60,117 nt of DNA from positions 1 to 60,117 of the IMG/VR virus record IMGVR_UViG_3300042310_000265; one strand, given 5' to 3'. The position numbers and the translations under genes were made by a program. The notes beneath the pieces were generated by a model that was not told the DNA's origin, did no database searches, and worked only from the letters and a program-made list of their open reading frames with translations. Shown piece after piece: positions 11,001 through 18,776 of this stretch; the stretch's first letter is position 1, and each line of letters opens with the position of its first letter. This DNA comes from a virus (taxonomy: Duplodnaviria; Caudoviricetes).

Positions 11001-11607
11001 TCTTGTTGCAGGCACTACATACTATGTTCGCAAAATTAAAAGCGATGAATTTGAGCTTTATGACACTTTAAATAACGCTAGAAACTTATCTTCGACTACT
11101 GGTCGAGTTGAATATTTAACAACTGGAAATAAAACTACCTCTACTTTCTTTGTAGATAATGTTCAAGGCCCAGTCCTAGTTAAGAGTATCGCACATATTG
11201 AAAAACCAGTAACAGATGGATATGTGAGTCTCTATGCATGGGATTACGGACGCAGTAATGATTTGACTCTGATTGGTCAGTATCATCCAGACGAAATTAA
11301 TCCTAGTTACAGACGAGTTCGCATTGGCAAGAAATGTGCTTGGGCGCGAATCATTTATCGTGTCTCGCCTCCAACTGTGACTTCCAAGCAAGATTACATT
11401 CCTCTGGAGCATGAACGCGCAATTATTACTGCGGTTCACGCTTGCGACTTGGAAGATAAAGACTTTGCCGAGCAGGCGACTCGTTACTGGGGTGTAGCAT
11501 TTAATTACCTGAAGAACCAGCAAGAGCATCTGGATGGTCACTCATTCCAGCCACCGCAAATTCAAAATCTCGTCTATGCTGACGGACATGATCCCGTGAT
11601 GACATGA
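8095..11607 (+). CDS. large virion protein: head-tail adaptor-like termini with inserted repeated beta domains
   Basis: Sits directly before the nozzle gene; helical N- and C-termini; about 7 LPxPL..G..Y modules and several GSGYT..P repeats. Confidence 0.6.
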   Translation: MFVSQIFEECAEILGTTDQTKIFRKISQAVQTLMESGHWMHSTAEVDVCAGWDGCSIALPRGVSVPLAVNVDGSPTYFRNRLFQYHVNKGGKYNSVEWAWDDRGYVATLMEIIQPSELVAIAESSNDVGKVLRIIGTDNLNRDIRSQLPDGTGVDGLLVPINSISDFPYGTIAPSGSNVNTREVSISPIQLFKSATAHQLNSGQGMSVTPIPISGTIPVPLSSGKTYYIGVVDAFTIKIYNDSLNAQAGDYPISLQSIVGADPLEFLDQRASRVVTALRFATAPTIGISSANPIVFPAGQTLPAPLKSGTTYFGNLLDSTNLQIFETEENAQNNYNEVYTTGSIDPIDVDIRKEIFPETKLTFTVPHLFVDGDQVEAFTSGGVLPRPLISNKNYFVNIIDSTSVTLHENQADAVASTGTFFVNPIVLLTPGSGVFSLVKLIPATASVGKTNQISAPGLSIPAPLGAGAQFAAVPVGSVTSVRVSASGSGYTTEPIVTFSDPPTPPAGQQSRVAKGYAIRNSITNTISEVIITDSGLGYSSTPTVTIDPPTTTNFTVTGITTNPSTLIATATTAVAHGFANGNQILISNASPNDYNGTKTISNVSTNTFTYVVGSALADATGNITAARVASGNQATATASITTSFISKFTQISAGSGYTEAPQVKIEGGGGTGATAKANVSGGQVTSIDIITQGTGYTSPPSVILSPSTGVFIEFQSTGTLPQPLVAGTVYRAENPTAGNTFTIKNTDYSDVDIKSSGSGILYVVLSRAFGVSFTGNWRGDYASLGQTQGFYFGTDFLLPTTTPSIDNGVTQFWLRKDTDESGRVYTSEANAIAGGTTGKVVTTAFGTGQTYFGIRFTVTPSVYDDLIEPDNIQFIADDEIVNFSTSGTLPSPLIAGTNYTVKLFGNRVKVYSGGVLVPIATPGTGRLTLDIRRVMIVQPSTSIYAPACLYETGDSVTVRATENDVLPSGLVAGTTYYVRKIKSDEFELYDTLNNARNLSSTTGRVEYLTTGNKTTSTFFVDNVQGPVLVKSIAHIEKPVTDGYVSLYAWDYGRSNDLTLIGQYHPDEINPSYRRVRIGKKCAWARIIYRVSPPTVTSKQDYIPLEHERAIITAVHACDLEDKDFAEQATRYWGVAFNYLKNQQEHLDGHSFQPPQIQNLVYADGHDPVMT

Positions 11608-13733
11608 AAAGTGAGAATATCACAAGTGGCAGACTGCAAAAGATCACTACAGGGTGGACGCAGGGAGTCAATTCTGTTCGCAATCCTTGGGCATTGCCAG
11701 AGAACCAGTTTAAATGGGGAACTAACCTTTCTATTCGCGGTGGAATCGCCCAGACTCGACCCGGCTACACAATGCGCCTTTCTCTACCTCCCGGCAACCT
11801 GCAAGGCGGGATTATATTTCAGGCAAACAAGCAAAAAGACGCATCTTTTAGCCGCGAAGAAAATGGAGTTCAAACAGCAGTTCCTGCGAAGATTTTTGAT
11901 GTAAATGGCGAAGGAGTCATTGCAAGCGAATTGAGCTACATGGTCTTTGCAGTAGACGGCAATGTTTACTACGCACCTTTCCCACTAGTTCAGCCTAAAA
12001 ACTGGAATGATTACAAACTGAACAGCATTAAGTTCGATCCTGATGTTGAAAATCTTTTCTTCGCACTAGCCACAAAAACGGCAAATTTGGCTACATCCGA
12101 AAATGAGTTAGTCACTCCAGCACATACCATCATAATGATGCAGGATGGCATTTCTGCGCCTGCCTACTGGGATGGTTCAAATAAAGTTGGAACGCAGGAC
12201 TCGTCCATCCCTGTAGGGACACACATGGCATATTCTGGCAATAGAATGTGGGTTGCAGAGAAGAATATCGTTCTTGCTTCCGATCTTGGCGACCCAACTA
12301 GCTGGAAGGAACGAACACAAGGCACAGGGAGGGGCGATTTTGCGTTTGTGCGACCTGTTACTGGTCTTGTTTCGTATGTCGGTCAAGATACCTCTACCCG
12401 GCTAATCGTGTTTACAGATCGCGCCACATATTCGCTTGCATCTGGTGTGCTGGACAGGACGCAATGGACTACGACTGCTAATTTTCAGAATACGCTTTAT
12501 CCAACTGTGGGATGCGTTGCGCCTCGGTCAATTGCGTTTCAGGCAGGTCAGATGTGGTGGTATTCGGATGGTGGTCTTGTTGCGGCGGATGTTGCGGCGG
12601 CATCATATTTAAGTTCGCAAGTATTGTTTAAGGATATTGAAATGGCGCGAACAAAGCGTTTGATGGATGGGAATCCATCGAATATTTGTGCCGTTGCGTT
12701 TGAAAACTATTTAATGTATTCCGTTCCATACCTGTCAAAACTTAATACTGACACAATGGTTATGGACTATGCTCCCGCCGCAGAGTGGGGAAGTGGACGG
12801 CAACCTGCATGGGCTGGAGTCTGGACTGGAACTCGACCAGTTCAATGGACTGTTGGGAAGATTGAAAGTCAAAATCGATGCTTTCAATTTTCTGTTGATT
12901 ATGCACCAACGGCAGATGGTTCTTACAATCATCTTTGGGAGGCATTCCAACCTGAACGATACGATACATATCTTCAGATAAACCCTGACGGCACTACAAC
13001 CGATCTTTACAATCGCATTTATTGCCAACTTGAAACTCCAATGCTTGGAGACGGCATGGACTTGAAACAATTTATCTACTCTGAAATTGAAGCTACTGAA
13101 ATCGGTGGAACTGTAGATGTAAATGTAAGTTATAGGGGGTCAAAGGGTCGATATTTGCCGATCTTGAATACTAGGATTTTAGCAGTCACTAATGATTATC
13201 AATGGAGGGGAACAGATTACGAAAGCCAAGTAGAGAAAGCTGGCTTTCTTAACACGCAATATCGCAGATTAATTACAGAATCAGCAAACAGGTTAGCTAC
13301 CTACGAAACCTGCGAAAGCCCATTAACTAACGATGTAGACAAGGCTTTCTCAATCCTGATCGAATGGTGTGGTCAGATGGGCATCGAGATTGTCAGGACT
13401 TTCCTAGACCCTTGGAGCGAAAAAGCTACTGGAATTCCTCAATATGTCGAAACTAAATCTTGCGTTGTAGGTCAGAATGGTGACAATTTTACTATCGATT
13501 TGAAAGAAAGTCCGTATGAAAATTTATCCTTGTCACAAGAAAACTGGAGTGCCAAAGTTTATAAGACTGTGACTGTAAATTGCACAAGTTCTAGCAAGAC
13601 GATTTCCGCCACCGCATCTGCTTCATATATTTCAACAGTTAGCTATGCTCATGCGCGAGAAGAGGCTGAAACGCTGGCAGAGCAAGCCGCAACCAATGCC
13701 GCTCAAGAATTTAAGGCAAATAACCCCTGCTAA
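11604..13733 (+). CDS. tail nozzle/stabilisation protein (P22 gp10 / T7 gp12-like)
   Basis: 709 aa with beta-propeller-like segments (YSGNRMWVA, LASDLGDPTSW, VGCVAPRSI); podoviral synteny. Confidence 0.65.
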   Translation: MKSENITSGRLQKITTGWTQGVNSVRNPWALPENQFKWGTNLSIRGGIAQTRPGYTMRLSLPPGNLQGGIIFQANKQKDASFSREENGVQTAVPAKIFDVNGEGVIASELSYMVFAVDGNVYYAPFPLVQPKNWNDYKLNSIKFDPDVENLFFALATKTANLATSENELVTPAHTIIMMQDGISAPAYWDGSNKVGTQDSSIPVGTHMAYSGNRMWVAEKNIVLASDLGDPTSWKERTQGTGRGDFAFVRPVTGLVSYVGQDTSTRLIVFTDRATYSLASGVLDRTQWTTTANFQNTLYPTVGCVAPRSIAFQAGQMWWYSDGGLVAADVAAASYLSSQVLFKDIEMARTKRLMDGNPSNICAVAFENYLMYSVPYLSKLNTDTMVMDYAPAAEWGSGRQPAWAGVWTGTRPVQWTVGKIESQNRCFQFSVDYAPTADGSYNHLWEAFQPERYDTYLQINPDGTTTDLYNRIYCQLETPMLGDGMDLKQFIYSEIEATEIGGTVDVNVSYRGSKGRYLPILNTRILAVTNDYQWRGTDYESQVEKAGFLNTQYRRLITESANRLATYETCESPLTNDVDKAFSILIEWCGQMGIEIVRTFLDPWSEKATGIPQYVETKSCVVGQNGDNFTIDLKESPYENLSLSQENWSAKVYKTVTVNCTSSSKTISATASASYISTVSYAHAREEAETLAEQAATNAAQEFKANNPC

Positions 13734-13735
13734 TT

Positions 13736-13987
13736 ATGCCTTCCATTGCTAAATCAAAAATAAGATTGACAGATTTTCCGAATAAATTTATCTCGCCTTT
13801 TACAGATGAATTTCTGGTTCCTGTCTACTCGTCTATTCCTTTTGAAAAAAATCAAAATGAGTGCTTGCCGTGTGCGTTGTGCGGCACATACAATGATCGC
13901 CAAGATGTCTTGGATCAAGTTGCTTCGCAGTATACGGGATTCAAGCAAGGACCAGTTCCAGACGAAATTTTTGTCGGTTTTAACTAA
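13736..13987 (+). CDS. hypothetical protein
   Basis: 83-aa ORF with CxxCxxC, in operon. Confidence 0.55.
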   Translation: MPSIAKSKIRLTDFPNKFISPFTDEFLVPVYSSIPFEKNQNECLPCALCGTYNDRQDVLDQVASQYTGFKQGPVPDEIFVGFN

Positions 13988-13998
13988 TAAATAAATAC

Positions 13999-14388
13999 AT
14001 GAGATCAACAATTGAATATAAGCTAATACCAAAAGATTCAGCAGAGTTCCTTGAACTTTCTGATTTCGCGGAAACATTTGATCATAAGATTGTAGATCAT
14101 CCTCAAATCAATGTTTATGGTCATTACAAAGATAATAAGCTAGTTGGCTATAGTGACCATGTATTCATTCCAACAATTTATCCTGCTTTCCACCCAGATT
14201 TTACAACTCCACGAGATGTGATACAGACCATGCATGACTGGAGAGTTTACAATCAACTTACAGGTGGTCCCGGCTATGTCGGAGTGCCATTGCAAAGTGA
14301 GCGATTTACATTCACCAATGAAATCATGGAAAAGTTAGGCATGGAACGATTAAACCGAGAAGTATTTTACATTAAACGAAAGGAATAA
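13999..14388 (+). CDS. hypothetical protein, possibly degenerate GNAT fold (T7 gp13-like position)
   Basis: KDNKLVGY strand and C-terminal MEKLGM; lies between nozzle and ejection genes. Confidence 0.4.
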   Translation: MRSTIEYKLIPKDSAEFLELSDFAETFDHKIVDHPQINVYGHYKDNKLVGYSDHVFIPTIYPAFHPDFTTPRDVIQTMHDWRVYNQLTGGPGYVGVPLQSERFTFTNEIMEKLGMERLNREVFYIKRKE

Positions 14389-14392
14389 AATT

Positions 14393-15406
14393 ATGGGTGG
14401 AGCCGCAACAGTACCTACTGGTCGATACATGAGCCGACCTGATTATCAAACAGATTTTCAAATTTTATCTCAAAAACAAGGGATGGGGAATACCGCCCTT
14501 GATATTGCGTCTACTGATTTAAATGCCGCTCAAGCTGGAGTATTAGGTACACAATTAAATTTACTTAAATCAAGAGGAGACACTTTAAGCACCGCAAGAA
14601 ATGTATTTGATTTGCAATCAAAGATGCAACCTTTGATGCAAGATTTTGATGCCGAGCAGACCTCTCGGCAAGCCGCGCAATTTGGCTTATCTAATGAAGC
14701 GAGGGCAAGGCAGGGAGAAGAATTGCTTTCTCCTGCGACTGCTCGTATGCGGTATCAATTGCCAGAACAAATCGAAGCGGTGACATCTGACGAGTCTTTT
14801 AAAAACCGCATGGATGCTTGGTTGAAAAATAAAGGCATTTCTTCAGTTAGTGGAACAGGCGTCGATCCTTCGTCATCTTTTGGCCGATCCATGCTTGCAG
14901 ATGTATCAACTGAAGAGGGACGCAAGCGGATGCTGGAAGACATTGAACTGCGGAATAAGTTTGTTACTAGCCAGCAACGCCCAATCGGAGGATTAGACCC
15001 TAGCGCATTGATCAACAAAAGAATGACAGCAGAAGCTGAAAATCGTGGTGCAATGTCAGACTGGCAATCAGGTATTTTACAAGGAGCGCAACAACTTGGT
15101 CAAATTAATCAATTAAAACAAGCAGAAGAATTTGAACAGGCAAGACAACTTGGATCAACGCTTGATTCATTCCAGCAAGCAAGAATGGGATTAAATCAAA
15201 ATGCCTTTGACTATTTAAGCAAGAATATGGGAGAGATTTTAAATCTATCCAATGTTCAAAAGCAAAATCGTCAGGCTTATGATCAATCTTTATACAATGC
15301 GGCAGTTCAAAATGCACAATCGCAGAATGCTTCAAAAGCAGGCATGATTTCGGCAGGCGCAGGCATTGGTGGTGCGGCAATCGGTGCGGCGGCAATCATT
15401 ATATAA
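14393..15406 (+). CDS. internal virion/ejection protein (MGG start)
   Basis: Q/A-rich helical protein with a C-terminal Gly/Ala hydrophobic tail (AGAGIGGAAIGAAAIII). Confidence 0.6.
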   Translation: MGGAATVPTGRYMSRPDYQTDFQILSQKQGMGNTALDIASTDLNAAQAGVLGTQLNLLKSRGDTLSTARNVFDLQSKMQPLMQDFDAEQTSRQAAQFGLSNEARARQGEELLSPATARMRYQLPEQIEAVTSDESFKNRMDAWLKNKGISSVSGTGVDPSSSFGRSMLADVSTEEGRKRMLEDIELRNKFVTSQQRPIGGLDPSALINKRMTAEAENRGAMSDWQSGILQGAQQLGQINQLKQAEEFEQARQLGSTLDSFQQARMGLNQNAFDYLSKNMGEILNLSNVQKQNRQAYDQSLYNAAVQNAQSQNASKAGMISAGAGIGGAAIGAAAIII

Positions 15407-15423
15407 ACAAAAAATCTGTCTAT

Positions 15424-16257
15424 ATGGATCAACTTATTAGCGAAACAATCGAGAAAGCTAAAAGATGGGCAAAAAATTGGCCCAATTCTGTCGTTTTGTG
15501 GTCAGGTGGAAAAGACTCGACTGCGATGCTTCATTTGCTTAAATTTCAAGCTGGAATCGATGTGCCTGTAATTCAGTTTCGGCAACCGAAATTTCGCGAG
15601 CGATATGCGTATTCAGATCAATTGATCCGAGATTGGGATTTGACTGTCTTTGACTACCCTGCAAGCCGATTTGCATTAGCAGATGGTCCTGATACAGAGA
15701 CTGGCGAGGTGCGCTTTGATCTTCTACATTATTTCCAATGGGGAACTAAAGCTGTTGTTCTGTCATTAGGAACCGAGCGTCCAAAGGAAGGTGAGAAGTT
15801 CATGTGCGGTGTGCGTGACTTTCTAAAACGACCCACAGGAACCTTTAATTGGCCGTGGGAGTCAGTCTGGATCGGAACTAAAAACTCCGATACTGATTTG
15901 ATCAAAGGTCATGTGCCTATTTCGCAAGATATTCGCCATGCTGATGGCAGTCCTGTATCGCTTTACCTTATGCGCGATTGGACTGATCGCGACATCTATC
16001 AATATCTAGAGGATAACAAAGTAAAAGCCGATCCTACTCGATATATTAAAACAAAATCTGGATGGGCAAACAATCCTGACAAGTCTTTAAACGCAGACTT
16101 CTATCCGACTTGCTTAAATTGTGTAGATCGACATCAAGGCAATCAAGTGTATTGCCCAAAGTTAAAAGCAACTGTGACAAATATATCACATCTTGCACCA
16201 TACGAAGATATCGTGATACCAGAGTTAGGATTCAAACCAGTTAATTGGGAGAAATAA
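15424..16257 (+). CDS. PAPS reductase-like (adenine nucleotide alpha hydrolase, PP-loop) protein
   Basis: WSGGKDS PP-loop, IGTKNSD, DWTDRDIYQYL, C-terminal CxxC...CP. Confidence 0.75.
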   Translation: MDQLISETIEKAKRWAKNWPNSVVLWSGGKDSTAMLHLLKFQAGIDVPVIQFRQPKFRERYAYSDQLIRDWDLTVFDYPASRFALADGPDTETGEVRFDLLHYFQWGTKAVVLSLGTERPKEGEKFMCGVRDFLKRPTGTFNWPWESVWIGTKNSDTDLIKGHVPISQDIRHADGSPVSLYLMRDWTDRDIYQYLEDNKVKADPTRYIKTKSGWANNPDKSLNADFYPTCLNCVDRHQGNQVYCPKLKATVTNISHLAPYEDIVIPELGFKPVNWEK

Positions 16258-16258
16258 T

Positions 16259-16690
16259 ATGGGTGGAGCAAACAAATCAAGCACTTCAACAACGCCGGGA
16301 GGGGCATTTAACCCTCAAGCGCAAGTTCAAAAAGCAACTCAAGCAACCGCCGCAGATTTAGCGGCATTCGATGCAGAGCAGTTGCAAAACAAACGAATTG
16401 CTCAAGGACTAGATTTTTTAGGACAAGGAATTTCAGGCACGGCTAATAGCAGTCCTGCATCTACTCCTGCATCTGCCGCTTTAGCGAGTCAGAATCAAGC
16501 AGATAACTATAAAAAATTAATGGAGATGCAATTATCTCAAAAAGATTCTGACTCTTTAAATTTCATGCCGCAAATGCCATTTAATTTACAAAGCACAAAC
16601 CCTGAATTAGTTAATAATGCTTGGGCAGATGCTGTTAAAACATTGGTTGGAAGTGCAGTATCTGGTGCTGGTCAGATGTATAAGAAGTGA
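16259..16690 (+). CDS. MGG-start low-complexity protein (putative internal virion protein)
   Basis: A/Q/S-rich; shares a PELV...WA segment with 18776..20440. Confidence 0.55.
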   Translation: MGGANKSSTSTTPGGAFNPQAQVQKATQATAADLAAFDAEQLQNKRIAQGLDFLGQGISGTANSSPASTPASAALASQNQADNYKKLMEMQLSQKDSDSLNFMPQMPFNLQSTNPELVNNAWADAVKTLVGSAVSGAGQMYKK

Positions 16691-16968
16691 CGAATTATGA
16701 TTGCCAAAAATGCGGAGCCTGTTGCAGTTTTAAGTGGTCATGGCCGATCTTCAAACGAGATCGATCAGATGCAACTGGCATTCCTGCGGAAATGCAACGA
16801 ACAGATTATCCTATAATGAAGACTGAAAACAACAGATGCGTTGCTTTAGAAGGTGAAGTTGGAACCGCAGTTAAGTGTTCTATTTATAATTGCAGACCGC
16901 AGGCGTGTAGGTTATTTGAACCCGGATCAAAACTTTGCTTGGAAGCTAGGTCTAAAATAGAATTATAA
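16687..16968 (+). CDS. YkgJ-family CxxCxxCC cysteine-cluster protein
   Basis: CQKCGACC...RCVAL...CSIYNCRPQACRLF; GTG start overlapping the upstream stop. Confidence 0.8.
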   Translation: MTNYDCQKCGACCSFKWSWPIFKRDRSDATGIPAEMQRTDYPIMKTENNRCVALEGEVGTAVKCSIYNCRPQACRLFEPGSKLCLEARSKIEL

Positions 16969-16970
16969 TT

Positions 16971-17588
16971 ATGGGTGGCTCATCATTTGGAAAAGTTGTA
17001 ACTAAAGTTGTTGATCCTTTTAACCTTGGGAATTCTAAATTTGTTAAATCCGCTAGAAAAGTAATTGATCCATTAAATATAATGGACCCATTAAATGTTT
17101 TGCCGGGAAGCGGTAAGCCAATTGGGACATGGGATAAAAACTTTGGTGCGCCATTAATGAACTGGTTAAATCCAAAGCAAAGTTCATATACACCAATGAC
17201 AAAAGGGTTGCCATCAAATGCTCAATATTTTCAGCAACAACAACAAATGTTGCAAAATATGCAAGCACAGCAACAGATTAAACAAGCACAGCAACAAAGT
17301 AAACTTGCTAATTTGAGATCACAAGCACCATCTTACCCTGCCGCTACTCAAACAACAACTGCTCAAGTGCCAGCTACTTTATCTGCTTCAGCAACCGCTC
17401 CGTCAACTGCTCCGTCAACTGCTCCGTCAACTGCTACTCTTGCACAAACAAAAAGTAGTGATACAGCTATTGCTTCCGACTTGCCAATAGAATTCGGTTA
17501 TAAACCACCAACTACAACTTCAAAAGTTGCAACTGCAAATACATTTTCATTGCCTAATATGTCAGACATTAAGTTTGGCGGGGCATAA
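16971..17588 (+). CDS. MGG-start Q/T-rich protein with C-terminal FGGx motif
   Basis: Ends TFSLPNMSDIKFGGA; contains APST x3 repeat. Confidence 0.6.
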   Translation: MGGSSFGKVVTKVVDPFNLGNSKFVKSARKVIDPLNIMDPLNVLPGSGKPIGTWDKNFGAPLMNWLNPKQSSYTPMTKGLPSNAQYFQQQQQMLQNMQAQQQIKQAQQQSKLANLRSQAPSYPAATQTTTAQVPATLSASATAPSTAPSTAPSTATLAQTKSSDTAIASDLPIEFGYKPPTTTSKVATANTFSLPNMSDIKFGGA

Positions 17589-17614
17589 CAAATAAACGAA
17601 AGGAAAATAAAATT

Positions 17615-18193
17615 ATGGGCGGCGGACCTAGCGGACCATCAAAGTCTCAAATTAAAGCAGAGCAGGGATTGCGAAATCAAGAAATGCAGATGCAACAAGC
17701 GCAATTCAATCAACAAATGGCTCAACAAGCACAAATGGCGCAATTGCAACAACAGCAGGCTGAACAAGCAAGGCAGGATGCAATTTTTGAGCGTCAGAGA
17801 ATTGAAAGCGAGCAAGCGCGGATAATGGAGGAGCAAAAAAAAGAACGAGCAAGAATTGAAGAGCAACAACGACAAGCGGCAATTGAAAGTCAAAATGTTG
17901 CCGCCGCTCAACTTCGCAGGCAACAAGAATCCAAAGCACAGCAGGAACTATCTGCCGTCTCTAGCGCACAAACAATGGCAGACCAACAAAGGCAAGAGCA
18001 AGAGCGTCAGGCGGCATTGTCCGCAGGGGCGCAGGCTACTGGTGCTGGCTACAATTTAAATGCCGCTCGCAAGCAAGCATTGATTGGGATGAAAGGAACT
18101 CCAAATCTCCCTGCTACGGAAGCTAATCAATCTGCATCTAGCAATGTTTTCACTATGCCTAAAACAACTGGACTTCAATTTGGAGGAACTTAA
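17615..18193 (+). CDS. MGG-start Q-rich coiled-coil protein with C-terminal FGGx motif
   Basis: Ends VFTMPKTTGLQFGGT. Confidence 0.65.
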   Translation: MGGGPSGPSKSQIKAEQGLRNQEMQMQQAQFNQQMAQQAQMAQLQQQQAEQARQDAIFERQRIESEQARIMEEQKKERARIEEQQRQAAIESQNVAAAQLRRQQESKAQQELSAVSSAQTMADQQRQEQERQAALSAGAQATGAGYNLNAARKQALIGMKGTPNLPATEANQSASSNVFTMPKTTGLQFGGT

Positions 18194-18194
18194 T

Positions 18195-18776
18195 ATGGGA
18201 GGAAGTAAAGGTAGAGGTAAAAAAAACGATGGTGGTGGCAGTAGTCCCGCGCCTCAAAATAATAATTGGCAAGCACAGCAATCTGCAATGCAATCTGCAC
18301 AGCAAAACGCACAGCAAAACGCACAGCAGGCGGCAATGCAACAACAGATGGAGCAATCTAGGCAAGCGGCAGAAGCTGAAAGAAAGCGGCAAGAAGAAGC
18401 TGAAGCTGAACGAATTCGCCAACAAAATATCCAAGCTGAAAATCAAAAAGCGGCAGACTTCCGCAGGCAATCAGAAAATAAAATTCAATCGGACTTTACT
18501 AGTGCCGCACAAAACCAGCAACGACTCGATCAGCAAGCCGCGCAAAACTATGCCAGCACAACCGCAGGCGGAAGCGGCTACAATGTTGGTTCTGCCCAAC
18601 AGCAAAAAATCTCGGCGGCAGGGGGCGTTGCTGGACCTGCATCAACCAATGCGCCATCGTCTATGCAAATGGGACTTCCGCCTATTCTCGCGTCAAATGC
18701 TGGTGTTGGCGGCACTCCACAAAATACTAACTTCTCACTCCCGTCCGCTCAAGGACTACAATTCGGAGGTATGTAA
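18195..18776 (+). CDS. MGG-start Q-rich coiled-coil protein with C-terminal FGGx motif
   Basis: Start moved to ATG 18195 (MGGSKG); ends NFSLPSAQGLQFGGM; paralog of 17615. Confidence 0.65.
   Translation: MGGSKGRGKKNDGGGSSPAPQNNNWQAQQSAMQSAQQNAQQNAQQAAMQQQMEQSRQAAEAERKRQEEAEAERIRQQNIQAENQKAADFRRQSENKIQSDFTSAAQNQQRLDQQAAQNYASTTAGGSGYNVGSAQQQKISAAGGVAGPASTNAPSSMQMGLPPILASNAGVGGTPQNTNFSLPSAQGLQFGGM

Noticed and set aside
16971-18776. FGGx proteins as true ubiquitin-like/ThiS carriers
   Set aside because: Their bodies are low-complexity or coiled-coil, not beta-grasp; only the tail analogy is kept as a hypothesis.
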